A stretch of 64,000 nt of DNA from Flavobacteriales bacterium (GCA_023382455.1 JAHDVX010000012.1:44519-108518), one strand, 5' to 3'; counted from the stretch's first letter, positions 26,111-36,717 are shown. Numbers and translations: made by a program. The notes: generated from the letters alone by a model not told the origin.

Positions 26111-26926
26111 ATGAGCACACGCAAATCCGGAAAGTTGTCCAGTCTGTTCGTGGCCTTGACTTTCCCCCTGGCCCTCGGCGTCAGCATCCTGTTCTACATG
26201 TTCGTGCTGGGCGACCCCTCGAACTTTGAGGGTGGCGACCCCGTGCACGGGCATCCGGTGGCAGAGAACCCGGCGCACACCTTCGGCCTGATCCACAAGG
26301 GCGGGTTTATTGTGCCGATCATCTTCACCATCCTGTTGTTGGTGATCATCTTCTCCATTGAGCGGGGCATTACGCTTTCCCGTGCCACGGGCAAGGGCCG
26401 TATTGACGAATTCCTGCACAACGTGCGCCAGCTGTTGGCCAGCGACCGGGTGGACGAGGCCATGACCGTGTGCGACGAGCAGCAGGGCAGCGTGGCCAAC
26501 GTGATGCGCAACGGCTTGGAGAAGTACAAGACGGTGATGAACGACACTACCTTGGACAAGGAGACGCGCATCAATGTGGTCAAACAGGAGATTGAGGAGG
26601 CCACCGCCTTGGAATTGCCGATGTTGAGCAAGAACTTGGTGATCATCTCCACCTGCGCAAGTGTGAGCACCCTGTTCGGCCTGATCGGAACCGTGCTGGG
26701 GATGATCCGGGCCTTCAGCGCCATGGCCACGGCTGGTGCGCCCGATGCCACCGCGCTCTCCACCGGTATTTCCGAGGCCCTGATCAACACGGCGCTTGGT
26801 GTGGCCGGAGGTGCCATTGCCACCATCATGTTCAACTATTTCAGCAGCAAGGTGGACGGCATTACACACGGTATCGACGAGGCCGGGTTCAGCGTAAGCC
26901 AGACCTTGGCGAACAAGGCCGCCTAG
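26111..26926 (+). CDS. exbB: MotA/TolQ/ExbB proton channel protein
   Basis: TLFGLIGTVLGMIRAF and GISEALINTALG motifs. Confidence 0.93.
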   Translation: MSTRKSGKLSSLFVALTFPLALGVSILFYMFVLGDPSNFEGGDPVHGHPVAENPAHTFGLIHKGGFIVPIIFTILLLVIIFSIERGITLSRATGKGRIDEFLHNVRQLLASDRVDEAMTVCDEQQGSVANVMRNGLEKYKTVMNDTTLDKETRINVVKQEIEEATALELPMLSKNLVIISTCASVSTLFGLIGTVLGMIRAFSAMATAGAPDATALSTGISEALINTALGVAGGAIATIMFNYFSSKVDGITHGIDEAGFSVSQTLANKAA

Positions 26927-26963
26927 GGAGAGGGTTGCACCGGTTGACTAACCTGACACCGAA

Positions 26964-27614
26964 ATGGCCAAGATCAAGATGCCCAAGAGCAGCCCGGCGA
27001 TCGACATGACGCCGTTGGTTGATTTGGGCTTCCTGTTGGTGACCTTCTTCATGCTCACCGCGCAGTTCCGTCCGGAGGACAGCGTGGTGGTGGACATCCC
27101 CAGCAGCCGCAGCCAGCAGACCATCCCCACGGAGAACCTGATGACGGTGGTGGTGGATAGCGTTGGCCGCGTTTTCTGGGATTTCACCGACAAAAAGGTG
27201 CGCAAGGCGGTGATCGAGGAGATGGGCAACCGGTACAAGGTGAACTTCACCCCCGATCAGGTGCAGCGCTTCGTGAGCCTGGGGGCCATCGGCCTGCCCA
27301 TCCAGCAGATGCCGGCCTATTTGGACCTGGAGAGTTCCACGGAACGCGGACCGGTGGACAAGGCTTCCAAGGGCATTCCCATCGACAGCACGAACAACCA
27401 ATTGATAGACTGGATCCGCGTCACCCAGCTGATCTTCAGCAGCGGGGCCGAAGGGCGCAACCCCATCGTGGCGCTCAAGGGCGACGGCAACGTGGACTAC
27501 AGCGTCATGAACAAGGTGATCAAGATCTTCCAAAGCCCCACGGTGAAGATCAACCGGTTCAAGATGATCACCAACCTGGAAGAGAGCCGCATGGCGGTCA
27601 GTTCAACCAAATGA
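26964..27614 (+). CDS. exbD: Biopolymer transporter ExbD
   Basis: IDMTPLVDLGFLLVTFFMLT. Confidence 0.93.
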   Translation: MAKIKMPKSSPAIDMTPLVDLGFLLVTFFMLTAQFRPEDSVVVDIPSSRSQQTIPTENLMTVVVDSVGRVFWDFTDKKVRKAVIEEMGNRYKVNFTPDQVQRFVSLGAIGLPIQQMPAYLDLESSTERGPVDKASKGIPIDSTNNQLIDWIRVTQLIFSSGAEGRNPIVALKGDGNVDYSVMNKVIKIFQSPTVKINRFKMITNLEESRMAVSSTK

Positions 27615-27676
27615 CATCCTGCGTGTACAGGGTGATGAAAGGAAGGTACTTCAACAGGCTGAATCCATAGGAAACC

Positions 27677-28303
27677 ATGGCAGATGTAGGAGGACAGGAA
27701 GGCGGGGGCGGAGGGCGCCACCAGAAGAAGCGGGCCAAGAAAGGCAGCACCCACATCGACATGACGCCGATGGTGGACCTGGCCTTCCTGCTGCTCACCT
27801 TCTTCATCCTCACCACCACCATGTACAAGCCCTCCACCCTGCAGCTCACTTTCCCGGTGCCGCAGGACCAGCAGGAGCAGAAGAAGGACCTGGCCAAGGT
27901 GAACAACGCACTCACCCTCTTCCTCACCAAGGACGACCAGATTTTCTATTACCGCGATGCCTTCAAACCGGGTGAGACCCAGCTGACGCGCACCGATTTC
28001 TCGAAGATCACCAAGTACCTGATCGAGCAGAACAAGAGCACCTTCGACCAGGTGCAGGAGCTCAGCCGGCGGTACAACGCCAACGAGATCGACAAGGTGG
28101 CCTACGATTCACTGAAGAACAACGTACAGAAACAGGAGGAGGCCCTCTTCGTGATCATCAAGCCGGACGCGGACGCCAAGTACCGGAACATGATCGACAT
28201 GGTGGATGAGATGGACATCAGCGGCATCGGCAAGTTCGCGGTGCAGGATACCATCAAGCCGGAGGAGTTGGTGTTATTGGAAGCGGAGAAACTCAAATTC
28301 TGA
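27677..28303 (+). CDS. exbD: Biopolymer transporter ExbD (second copy)
   Basis: IDMTPMVDLAFLLLTFFILTT and YRNMIDMVDEM. Confidence 0.93.
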   Translation: MADVGGQEGGGGGRHQKKRAKKGSTHIDMTPMVDLAFLLLTFFILTTTMYKPSTLQLTFPVPQDQQEQKKDLAKVNNALTLFLTKDDQIFYYRDAFKPGETQLTRTDFSKITKYLIEQNKSTFDQVQELSRRYNANEIDKVAYDSLKNNVQKQEEALFVIIKPDADAKYRNMIDMVDEMDISGIGKFAVQDTIKPEELVLLEAEKLKF

Positions 28304-28307
28304 CCCC

Positions 28308-29150
28308 ATGAGCTTTGTGATCCTCATCGCGTTGCTGGTCGGCTTGAGCGTCCTGCTCACGTTCGATACCACTTGGATGAACGTGTTGCAGGGCACGCGG
28401 AACGAACTGGTGTTCGCCACCCGTAACAAGGCGTACGGGGCCTTCGAGCTGCGCAAGGACTATTCGCGCCGGCTGGGTTTTGCCATGGTGGGCGCTGTGG
28501 CATTCTTCGTCGTGGCGGTGGGCACCCCTTGGGCCATCTCCAAGATGGGCCCCGCGGAGGCCGCCCCGGAGAAAGTGAAGATCGTGGAGGTGAACCTGGA
28601 CAACTTCACCGAGGACAAACCGGAGGAACCCCCGCCCCCGCCTGAGGTGATCCCTCCGCCCCAGCCCCAGATCGAGACCGTGCAGTTCGTGGCCGTGGAG
28701 GCCAGCGACGAGCCTGTGGAGGCACCGCCCCCCACCCAGGAGGACCTGAGCGAGACCACCGCCAGCACCACCACCCAGGAAGGGGAGAAGATCGATGCCC
28801 CGCCGCCGCCGCCGCCGCCGGTGGAGGAAGTGACCTACGACCTGGCCGCGGTACAGGAGCAGCCCGATTTTCCGGGTGGAATGGGCAAGATGTACGAATA
28901 TCTCCAGAAGAACACCAAGTACCCGGACATGGAGTTCGATGCCGGTATCCAAGGCAAGGTGTTCGTGGAGTTTGTGGTGGACAAGGACGGCAGCGTGGAG
29001 GATGTGAAGGTCCGCCGCGGAGTAAGCCCGGGCCTGGACAAGGAGGCTGTGCGTGCCGTGAAATCCATGCCCAAGTGGTCGCCGGGGAAAATGAACGGCA
29101 AGGCCGTGAAGTGCCGCTTCACCATCCCGGTGGACTTCAAGCTCAAGTGA
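28308..29150 (+). CDS. tonB: Energy transducer TonB
   Basis: LVFATRNKAYGAFELR, TM anchor, Pro-rich spacer, PDFPGG...YP...GIQGKVFVEFVV...WSPGKMNG C-domain. Confidence 0.93.
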   Translation: MSFVILIALLVGLSVLLTFDTTWMNVLQGTRNELVFATRNKAYGAFELRKDYSRRLGFAMVGAVAFFVVAVGTPWAISKMGPAEAAPEKVKIVEVNLDNFTEDKPEEPPPPPEVIPPPQPQIETVQFVAVEASDEPVEAPPPTQEDLSETTASTTTQEGEKIDAPPPPPPPVEEVTYDLAAVQEQPDFPGGMGKMYEYLQKNTKYPDMEFDAGIQGKVFVEFVVDKDGSVEDVKVRRGVSPGLDKEAVRAVKSMPKWSPGKMNGKAVKCRFTIPVDFKLK

Positions 29151-29211
29151 CCCGAGGCCTGCGCGGCGGCCCGGTGGCCGGCCGTGCGGATGCCCGACCC
29201 GGCGTTGCACC

Positions 29212-29403
29212 ATGAAGTATTTCGCCCTGCTGATGAGCGTGCTCTACCTGGTGGTGGGCACCTTGCTGCTGGTCTCGCCGGGCTTTCTTCCACAGGTCAC
29301 CCGGTTCCGCCTGCCGCTGGGTATCATCCTGCTTGCCTACGGCCTGGTGCGCGGCGCCATGTGGCGCCGCAAGCAGGCACAAAGCCGGGACCAGGTCGAT
29401 TAG
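29212..29403 (+). CDS. Small two-TM membrane protein
   Basis: 63 aa, two hydrophobic helices, YGLVR motif, host-like codon usage, inside the operon. Confidence 0.65.
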   Translation: MKYFALLMSVLYLVVGTLLLVSPGFLPQVTRFRLPLGIILLAYGLVRGAMWRRKQAQSRDQVD

Positions 29404-29469
29404 TCCACCATTGGAGGTGCCGCGCCGCCCGATCGGGGCATCGGTACCAAGGCACCGGGAAACGGTGCA

Positions 29470-30396
29470 ATGAACCTGCGGCTTGCCGGGTTGTACAGGG
29501 AAACGAACGGCCTTTGGGCCCAATACCCGGCAAGCATGCTGACCGCAACCCTCATCGCCCTCTTCACCGTGATGTGCCTGGCCTTGAGTGCCGGGGCTTG
29601 GAACACGGAAACCAGCCCGGAACGGAATGAGCTGGTGTTTGCTGAACGCAACCAGGGCTATGGCGCCTTCCGCCTGCGCTCGGACCATGGCAAGCATGTG
29701 GCCATGGCCTTCATGGCAGCCATATGTCTGCTGGCCGCGACCCTGGTATTCCCATGGGCACTATTGCGGCATGCACCCGGCATACCTCCAGCGCCCAACG
29801 GCACCCATATCGTCTCCCAGGTGGTGGACGTGGTGTTTCCGCCTCCGCCTGCCGGGGCATTACCTGCACCGAAGCAGATAGCAGCACCGGCGCCGGTACC
29901 CAAGGCCGACCCGCTGACCGGGCCGGTGGAAGCGGCGGAGAAGGATTCGACGGCAACGGACCTCCCGCCGGTGGATACCTCGGGCACGGCAACCGCCAGC
30001 ACCCTCTCCCCGGGTACGGGTACAGCCACATCGGGCACGGGCGGGCAGACCCTCGCCGGGCATGGATTTGGCACAGATCCGGGCGGTACATGGGACCATG
30101 CCGAGGTGCAGGAAGTGCCCGGCTTCCCCGGTGGTGAGGCGGCCATGCGCGATTGGCTGAGGCGCCAAGTGGAGTTTCCCCGGGACCTGGACGGCAAGGA
30201 AGTGGTGTATGTGCAGTTCGTGGTGGGTACGGACGGCACCGTGGAGGATGTGAAAGTGGTAAAGGGCGACCACACGGGGTGCAAGGCCTCCGCAGTGGGC
30301 GCCGTGCGCCGCATGCCCCGCTGGAAACCTGCGCGGATGAACGGACAGGTTGTGCGCTGCCGCCTTATTTTGCCGGTGCGTTTCGAGGCCCTGTAG
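29470..30396 (+). CDS. Second TonB-family protein
   Basis: RNELVFAERNQGYGAFRLR, TM, Pro/Thr spacer, PGFPGG...VYVQFVV...WKPARMNG; the start could also be ATG near 29536. Confidence 0.85.
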   Translation: MNLRLAGLYRETNGLWAQYPASMLTATLIALFTVMCLALSAGAWNTETSPERNELVFAERNQGYGAFRLRSDHGKHVAMAFMAAICLLAATLVFPWALLRHAPGIPPAPNGTHIVSQVVDVVFPPPPAGALPAPKQIAAPAPVPKADPLTGPVEAAEKDSTATDLPPVDTSGTATASTLSPGTGTATSGTGGQTLAGHGFGTDPGGTWDHAEVQEVPGFPGGEAAMRDWLRRQVEFPRDLDGKEVVYVQFVVGTDGTVEDVKVVKGDHTGCKASAVGAVRRMPRWKPARMNGQVVRCRLILPVRFEAL

Positions 30397-30451
30397 ACCG
30401 GCACATGGCGACCCGCGACCGTGGTGCGACCGGCCCCGGAAAACAACCGTG

Positions 30452-31390
30452 ATGGACAAAGGCAACCGGCACAACTTGGTGACTTTCGGCCTGGCCGGGC
30501 TCCTGCTCCTGCCCGCCTGCCGGTGGGATGCACCCGACCCGGAGCGGGACGACACGCCCACTTCCGGCCGGATCCTGGTGCTGGCCGATGCCGACTGCCG
30601 CGCGGTGATCGACCAGGAGCTGATGGTCTTCACCAGCTTCTACCCCAAGGCCGAGGTGAATGTGCGGTACATGGACGAGGCCGCGTTACTTCGGAACATG
30701 CAGTCGGACAGTGTGCGCTGTGTGGTCACCACCGTGGACCCGGGTGCCGACCAGGATGCGTATCTCCGTTCACGCAACATCACCCCGCGTATAGTGCCCG
30801 TGTACCATGGGGGCGTTGCCGTGGCCATCAACCCCGCGAGCCTTGTGCGGCAGCTGGACCTGGACGATCTGCGGCGCCTGCTGGACCGCCAAGCCCTCAA
30901 CGTGACCACGGATGTGGCGGACACACGGGCCTTGGACAGCCTGGAGGCCATTTTTGCTGGATCCGGCAGCGGCGTGGCGCGCCTGTTGGTGGATTCCTTG
31001 GGGATCAAGCAATTGAAGGCCCGTTCAGTGCCGGATGTGGCGGCCGCCATGGATCAGGTGGCCAACAACCCGCGAACGGTCGCCCTGCTGCCCTTTGAAG
31101 CCATCAGCGACCTGGACAACCCGCAGGTGCGGGAATGGCGAAACAGGGTGCGGCTGGTGCCCATCGCAGCCACACCCGGCGGGGAGGCCCTGTTGCCCTC
31201 CCAATCCACCTTGGCCGATGGGTCCTACCCGTTGCGGCGCACGGTTAAAATGATCGTCATGGAAGGAAAAAGCGGTCTTGGCACCGGTTTTGTTTCCTTT
31301 GTTGCCAACCATAAAGGACAACGGATCATCCTCAAGCTCGGCGTGGCACCCATCAGCATACCGTCGCGTGACGTGGAGATCGTACCCTGA
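30452..31390 (+). CDS. PstS-like substrate-binding lipoprotein
   Basis: Lipobox LLPAC, DTPTSG, GSYPLRR, GLGTGFVSF...GQRIILKLG. Confidence 0.85.
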   Translation: MDKGNRHNLVTFGLAGLLLLPACRWDAPDPERDDTPTSGRILVLADADCRAVIDQELMVFTSFYPKAEVNVRYMDEAALLRNMQSDSVRCVVTTVDPGADQDAYLRSRNITPRIVPVYHGGVAVAINPASLVRQLDLDDLRRLLDRQALNVTTDVADTRALDSLEAIFAGSGSGVARLLVDSLGIKQLKARSVPDVAAAMDQVANNPRTVALLPFEAISDLDNPQVREWRNRVRLVPIAATPGGEALLPSQSTLADGSYPLRRTVKMIVMEGKSGLGTGFVSFVANHKGQRIILKLGVAPISIPSRDVEIVP

Positions 31391-31404
31391 GCATTTAACC
31401 TTTC

Positions 31405-33129
31405 ATGAAGACCCTTCTGACCATCGGCCTTTCCTGCGTTGCTTTTGGCGGTTTTGCGCAGTTGCAGCAGGCCATCAAGCTTACGGACAAGGAGCAGTTC
31501 GAGCATGCCGCCAAGGCATTCGAGGCCATTGTGAAAGCCAGCCCCACCAACGGCGAGGCCTGGTTCTACATGGGCGAGAACTACTACGCCAACGACCGTA
31601 CCGACAGCGCGGAGGCCGCCTACCGCAAGGGGATCGATGTGAATTCGCAGTTCCCGCTCAACTACGCCGGCCTGGGCAAGGTGCTGCGTGGGCAGGGCAA
31701 GACGGCCGAGGCCCAGCAGCAGTTCGCCCGTGCCACGGAGGTGGCCACGTTGAAGACCAACAAATACAGCAAACAGCAGATAGCGGCCACCTACCGGGAG
31801 GAGGCCGAGGGCCTGCTGGCCGGCAGCGATCCGGACTACGCAGCGGCCCTGGCCCTGGTGGAGCAGGCCATCGAACTGTACCCCAAGGATCCCCAGGCCT
31901 ACATCCTCAAGGGCGATGCCCTCTTCGGGCGCAACCCGCGCGACGGCTCGGCGCCGCTGGAGAACTACAAGAAGGCCATGGAACTGGAGCCGCAGAACGC
32001 CGAACCGCTGGCGCGCAAGGCCTTCATGTACTACCGGGCGAACAACTTCACCGCCTCCATCGAGGAATACAACAACGCCATCGCGCTCGACCCCGGCTTT
32101 GCGCCGGCCTGGCGCGGCCGCGCGGAAGCCTGGTTCAAGCAGCGTGATTTCGACAAGGCCACCGCCGACATGCGGAAATACCTGGAGCTCAACTCGGGCA
32201 GCACCAGTGCACGCGTGCGCAACGCGCAGTTCCTCTTCCTCGTGGGCAAGTACGCCGAGAGCCTCAAGGAGATCCAGGCCTTGGAGCAGGAGGGTGTGCA
32301 GAACATCGTACTGCTGCGCCTGAAGGCCTTCAACCTCACGGAGGAAGGACGCTTCGCCGAGGCGGACAGCACCTTGCAGGACTACTTCCGCAAGCAGCAG
32401 GTCGGGAAAGTGATCGGTGCGGACTACCAGTACGCGGCCAAGATCGCCCAGGGATTGGGCAAGGCCCAGGCCCAGGCCATCCAGGCGGGCACGCTGGCCA
32501 CGGCCCCCGTCCCGTATGATTCCCTCGCCGGCGAACAGTACATGAAGGCCGTCAGCCTTGACCATTCATTGGACTACCTCTACCTGGAGGCCGCCAAGGC
32601 CTTTACCGATGCACGGGTCTATACCAAGGCCGTGGACGCCATGCGCATGAAGGTGAAGGGCCCGCGCCCCGAGGTGAACGATTGGTACTACCTCGGCGCC
32701 ATGGCCAACCGGGCCAGGATGTTCCAGGTGGCCGACAGCGCTTGGGCGCAGTACATCAGTAAGCAGCCCAACATCTACCAGGGCTACCTCTACCGTGCAC
32801 GCGCCCAGGCCGGGATGGACACCGCTGACGTGAAGACCTGGGCGGCCAAGCCCTACTACGAGGAGGTGATCGCCAAGATGAAGCCCGAGGAACAGGGGCG
32901 AGCCAAGGCCGACCTGGAGGAGGCGTATAACTACATGGGCCTCTACTACCTGTACAGCAGCACGGAGATGGACCGTGCCAAGGCGAAATGCTGGTTCATG
33001 AAAGTGGCCGAGCTGAACGCCGGCACCAGCATCACCAAGCAAGTGAACGAGGTGTTCCTCAAGATGAAGGAGATCAAGGATGTGGTGCCCGCGCAATGCG
33101 GTGCCGCCACGGTGGAGCAGCCCAAGTGA
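31405..33129 (+). CDS. Secreted tetratricopeptide repeat protein
   Basis: Signal peptide and multiple TPR-like helical repeats; typical last gene of this operon. Confidence 0.9.
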   Translation: MKTLLTIGLSCVAFGGFAQLQQAIKLTDKEQFEHAAKAFEAIVKASPTNGEAWFYMGENYYANDRTDSAEAAYRKGIDVNSQFPLNYAGLGKVLRGQGKTAEAQQQFARATEVATLKTNKYSKQQIAATYREEAEGLLAGSDPDYAAALALVEQAIELYPKDPQAYILKGDALFGRNPRDGSAPLENYKKAMELEPQNAEPLARKAFMYYRANNFTASIEEYNNAIALDPGFAPAWRGRAEAWFKQRDFDKATADMRKYLELNSGSTSARVRNAQFLFLVGKYAESLKEIQALEQEGVQNIVLLRLKAFNLTEEGRFAEADSTLQDYFRKQQVGKVIGADYQYAAKIAQGLGKAQAQAIQAGTLATAPVPYDSLAGEQYMKAVSLDHSLDYLYLEAAKAFTDARVYTKAVDAMRMKVKGPRPEVNDWYYLGAMANRARMFQVADSAWAQYISKQPNIYQGYLYRARAQAGMDTADVKTWAAKPYYEEVIAKMKPEEQGRAKADLEEAYNYMGLYYLYSSTEMDRAKAKCWFMKVAELNAGTSITKQVNEVFLKMKEIKDVVPAQCGAATVEQPK

Positions 33130-33140
33130 CCGGCCCCCGG

Positions 33141-33177
33141 CCGGGAGGAACACGTGCCAACCCTTCCCGGTTTTTTG
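33141..33177 (+). terminator. Rho-independent terminator
   Basis: ccgggagg...ccttcccgg stem followed by a T run, right after the TPR stop. Confidence 0.6.
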
Positions 33178-33234
33178 CCGTAGGAACTGCCCGATCTTCG
33201 CACCGGCGGCCTCCGCCGCCCCCAACCACGCACC

Positions 33235-34218
33235 ATGTACGACCTCATCCGCAACTTTCCCGACCACCTGAACGAAGCCCTTTCCATCGGGCGCCAAGCC
33301 AAGCTCTCCGCCCCGCGCGGGCCCTACGCCAACGTGGTGGTCACCGGGCTCGGCGGCAGCGGCATCGGCGGGCGCATCGCGGCACAAGCCGTGGCACACG
33401 AGGCCATCTGCCCCATCGAGGTGTTCAGCAACTACTACCTGCCGGCCTATGTGGGCAAGCACAGCCTGGTGATCGCATGCAGCTATAGCGGCAACACCGA
33501 GGAAACCCTGGCCGCCATGCACCAGGCCCTGGACAAGGGCGCGCATGTGGTGTGCATCACCAGTGGCGGCACCATGCTGGAGACCGCCAAGGCCCAAGGG
33601 CTGGACCATATCGTGATCCCGGGCGGAAACCCGCCGCGCACCATGCTGGCCTACTCGCTCACCCAGCAGTTCGTCGTCCTGAAACATTTCGGCATCATCC
33701 ACGGCGACTATCCGGCCTCCCTGGCCAAGGCCGCAGGCCACCTGAAAAGGGACCAGGAAGCGATCAAGGCGGCCGGCCAGGACCTCGCCCGGAAGCTGTT
33801 CGGCAAGCGTGCCGTCATTTACAGCGAAGCCTCCACCGAGGCGGTGAGCGTGCGTTTCCGCCAACAGATCAACGAGAACAGCAAGGAACTTTGCTGGCAC
33901 CACGCCATCCCGGAGATGAACCATAACGAGCTGGTGGGATGGGCCGGAGGCGACAAGGGCATTGCGGTGGTGATCTTCCGCCACATGGATGACCATGAAC
34001 GCAGCCAGATGCGCATGGAGATCAACAAGGAGATCTTTGCCAAGCACACGGCCGACATCCATGAGGTGTGGAGCCAAGGCGACGACCGCCTGGGGCGGCA
34101 GATCTACCTGATCCACCTGGGCGACTGGGCCAGCTGGTACTTGGCCGAGATGAAGGGCGTGGATGCCACCGAAATCGCCGTGATCAACATGCTCAAGGGC
34201 AAGTTGGCAGGCATGTGA
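33235..34218 (+). CDS. Bifunctional phosphoglucose/phosphomannose isomerase
   Basis: GLGGSGIGG, SYSGNTEET, QQINENSK, PEMNHNE. Confidence 0.93.
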   Translation: MYDLIRNFPDHLNEALSIGRQAKLSAPRGPYANVVVTGLGGSGIGGRIAAQAVAHEAICPIEVFSNYYLPAYVGKHSLVIACSYSGNTEETLAAMHQALDKGAHVVCITSGGTMLETAKAQGLDHIVIPGGNPPRTMLAYSLTQQFVVLKHFGIIHGDYPASLAKAAGHLKRDQEAIKAAGQDLARKLFGKRAVIYSEASTEAVSVRFRQQINENSKELCWHHAIPEMNHNELVGWAGGDKGIAVVIFRHMDDHERSQMRMEINKEIFAKHTADIHEVWSQGDDRLGRQIYLIHLGDWASWYLAEMKGVDATEIAVINMLKGKLAGM

Positions 34219-34332
34219 GATGGGGCCGGGCTCCCCGGCCAAGGTGTTTTTCGGGCGAAGTGGCTTGGGTCCATGGAAGTGGATGGATCACCGGCCATGA
34301 CGGACCTTTGCACCACTACCAGACCCAGACCG

Positions 34333-34563
34333 ATGTCCATCCTCCGTTTCCACTGGGATTTCCTCGGGCCCGATGCCGAGCCCACGGCCAAGCATTTTTG
34401 CCACCATGTGGAGGAGTTCTGCGAGATGCACGGGATCGCGGACCCGCGCACGTACACCACGATGGAGGGCCGGCGCTGCGTGGCCTCCATGGAGTGCGAT
34501 GAGAAGCACATGATCCTGGTGCGCGACCGTCTTCGGCCCAAGCGCGCGGAGCGGTTAGGGTGA
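34333..34563 (+). CDS. Small hypothetical protein
   Basis: MSILRFHWDFLGPDAEPTAKHF...VRDRLRPKR; host codon usage; resembles a small Flavobacteria WDFxGP family (from memory). Confidence 0.65.
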   Translation: MSILRFHWDFLGPDAEPTAKHFCHHVEEFCEMHGIADPRTYTTMEGRRCVASMECDEKHMILVRDRLRPKRAERLG

Positions 34564-34586
34564 AATTGGCCGAACGGCCAAGGAAC

Positions 34587-35987
34587 TTATCCGAGCATCC
34601 GCCGGATCACCTTCTCCTTCCAGCCCGCATAAGGCGGAAATTGGACGCCGGGCTCGGGCAGGGTTCCAGCCCGCACGATGCCCTGGTGGTGCGTGAACAG
34701 GTCGAAGCTGGCCTTGCCGTGGTAGCGCCCCATGCCGCTGGTACCCACGCCGCCGAATGGGAGGTTCACGTCGCCGAAGTGCAGCATGCAGTGGTTGATG
34801 CAGCCGCCGCCGAAGGCGATCCGTTCGGTGAAATGCCGCTGCACGCGCCGGTCCTTGCTGAACACGTACAGCGCGAGCGGCGTGGGGTTGCGCCGCACCA
34901 GGGCCTCCACTTCCTCCGGCTCCCGCCACGGGATCACCGGCAGCACGGGCCCGAAGATCTCTTCGCGCATCACGGGGCTGTCCATCGGCACGTCGGTGAG
35001 CACGGTGGGCGCGATGTAGCGGTCGGCGGCATCGTGCTGCCCGCCAAACACGATCCGTCCATCGGACAAATACCGCTGCACCCGCCCGAAATGCTTGGCA
35101 TTCACTAAGCGCGCGAAGTCGGGCGATCGCTGCGGGTTCTTGCCGTAGAAGGCTTTGGTGTGCTTGGCAAGGGCTTGCAAGAAAGCATCCAGCGCATCGG
35201 CATGCACCAGCGCATAGTCCGTGGCGATGCAGGTTTGTCCGGCGTTGAAGAACTTGCTCCAGGCGATGCGCTTGGCGGCGCGGCGGATGTTCGCGCGGCG
35301 GTCCACGATGGCGGGGCTCTTGCCGCCCAACTCCAGGGTGACGGGCACCAGCTGCGGTGCGGCCTGCGCCAGGATGTTCCGTCCCACAGGTACCGAGCCG
35401 GTGAAGAAGATGTGGTCGAAGCGGAAGCCCGCGATCAGCGGGGGCACCACCTCGCTGCCGATGCCTTGCACCACGGCCACGTGGTCCTTCGCAAATGCTT
35501 CCGCGATGATGCGCCCCAGCACCTCGGCGGTGTGCGGCACTTCCTCGCTGGGCTTCACCACGGCACAGTTGCCGGCGGCCACCGCGCCCACCAGCGGTGC
35601 CAAGGCCAGCAGCACCGGATAGTTCCACGGGGCGATGATGAGCACCACGCCCAACGGCCGCACCCGGATTGAGCTGCTGTGGGGCCACAAGGCCAGCGGT
35701 GCGGCGACATGCTCCGGCTCCATCCAGGCGGACAGGTTTTCCAGGGCATGGTCGATCTCGGCGTGCACCTGCGCCAGTTCGCCCATGTAGGCCTCGAAGC
35801 GCGGCTTGCGCATGTCGGCGTGCAGGGCCGCCAACAGGGCTTCCTCATTGTCCTTCAAGGCGCTTTTCAACGCGCGGAGCGCGTCGCGGCGGAATGCGAA
35901 TTCCCGTGTTGCGCCGGATTGGAAGTAGGCTTGGAGCCCTTCAATTCGGCTGCCCAAGGCTTCCAGTCCAGCAGCGGCGGCGTCCAT
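34587..35987 (-). CDS. Aldehyde dehydrogenase (ALDH3-like)
   Basis: IAPWNYP, FTGS, LELGGKSP, NAGQTC, EEIFGP, PFGGVGTSG. Confidence 0.95.
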   Translation of the reverse strand: MDAAAAGLEALGSRIEGLQAYFQSGATREFAFRRDALRALKSALKDNEEALLAALHADMRKPRFEAYMGELAQVHAEIDHALENLSAWMEPEHVAAPLALWPHSSSIRVRPLGVVLIIAPWNYPVLLALAPLVGAVAAGNCAVVKPSEEVPHTAEVLGRIIAEAFAKDHVAVVQGIGSEVVPPLIAGFRFDHIFFTGSVPVGRNILAQAAPQLVPVTLELGGKSPAIVDRRANIRRAAKRIAWSKFFNAGQTCIATDYALVHADALDAFLQALAKHTKAFYGKNPQRSPDFARLVNAKHFGRVQRYLSDGRIVFGGQHDAADRYIAPTVLTDVPMDSPVMREEIFGPVLPVIPWREPEEVEALVRRNPTPLALYVFSKDRRVQRHFTERIAFGGGCINHCMLHFGDVNLPFGGVGTSGMGRYHGKASFDLFTHHQGIVRAGTLPEPGVQFPPYAGWKEKVIRRMLG

Positions 35988-36019
35988 TGGTGTGAAAGTA
36001 TCCCGGGAAGGGGCGACGC

Positions 36020-36664
36020 TCACCGGGCATCAAAATTGGCCACGACGTAGTAGGGCCTGTAGGTGCGGCTCAGGGGGTCGAAAAGTTCTTGCACGGAGTA
36101 GGACCATCGGCCGGTTGCGCCGCGTCCCTGGTCCGGTTGGCGAAGCACATTGGCCACGTTTCCCGCTTGGCCGAGCAATAGGAAATCCAAGGTGCGTCCG
36201 TCCTCTGTAAGCACGACCAGCGTGAGGAACTGGCCCGAACGTACACTGGTCAGTTTACCCACGATGGATTGGGCCGGTGCCGTGTAGTTCCCGGCGCCTA
36301 CGCCAGGCGGTGGCGGGGGAGGAGGTTCAACGTCCATGGCATTCAGTCGCATGGACAAGGCACCAAAGGTCTTGGGGCATTTGGAGGCCATGCGGAATCC
36401 GACCATACGGCCGAATTCCTCCGCGTTCTTATCGGAACGCGCAAGATCCACCTTGTATTTCTTCTTCAATTGCTTCTGATAGGGTTCCGCGGCTTGCAAC
36501 ATGCACAAGCCCAAGGTCGTTTGCATTTCTTCCTTCGTCATGGTCGAATCCATGTCGCGGAGGCATTCACAGGCCTTTTCGGCGATGGGGTCCATCACGT
36601 CATCCTGCGCCGAGGAAATGGAGAATGTCAGTATGCTCAAGGTGATGGCAATACCAATACGCAT
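36020..36664 (-). CDS. Secreted hypothetical protein
   Basis: Signal peptide MRIGIAITLSILTFSISSAQ; ACEC...C...C motif; the real start is far downstream of the track's 37564. Confidence 0.7.
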   Translation of the reverse strand: MRIGIAITLSILTFSISSAQDDVMDPIAEKACECLRDMDSTMTKEEMQTTLGLCMLQAAEPYQKQLKKKYKVDLARSDKNAEEFGRMVGFRMASKCPKTFGALSMRLNAMDVEPPPPPPPGVGAGNYTAPAQSIVGKLTSVRSGQFLTLVVLTEDGRTLDFLLLGQAGNVANVLRQPDQGRGATGRWSYSVQELFDPLSRTYRPYYVVANFDAR

Positions 36665-36717
36665 TGTCGGTTGAATGTAAGGAGGGCAAAGTAGCCAAAT
36701 AAGCAAATGTGGACTGG

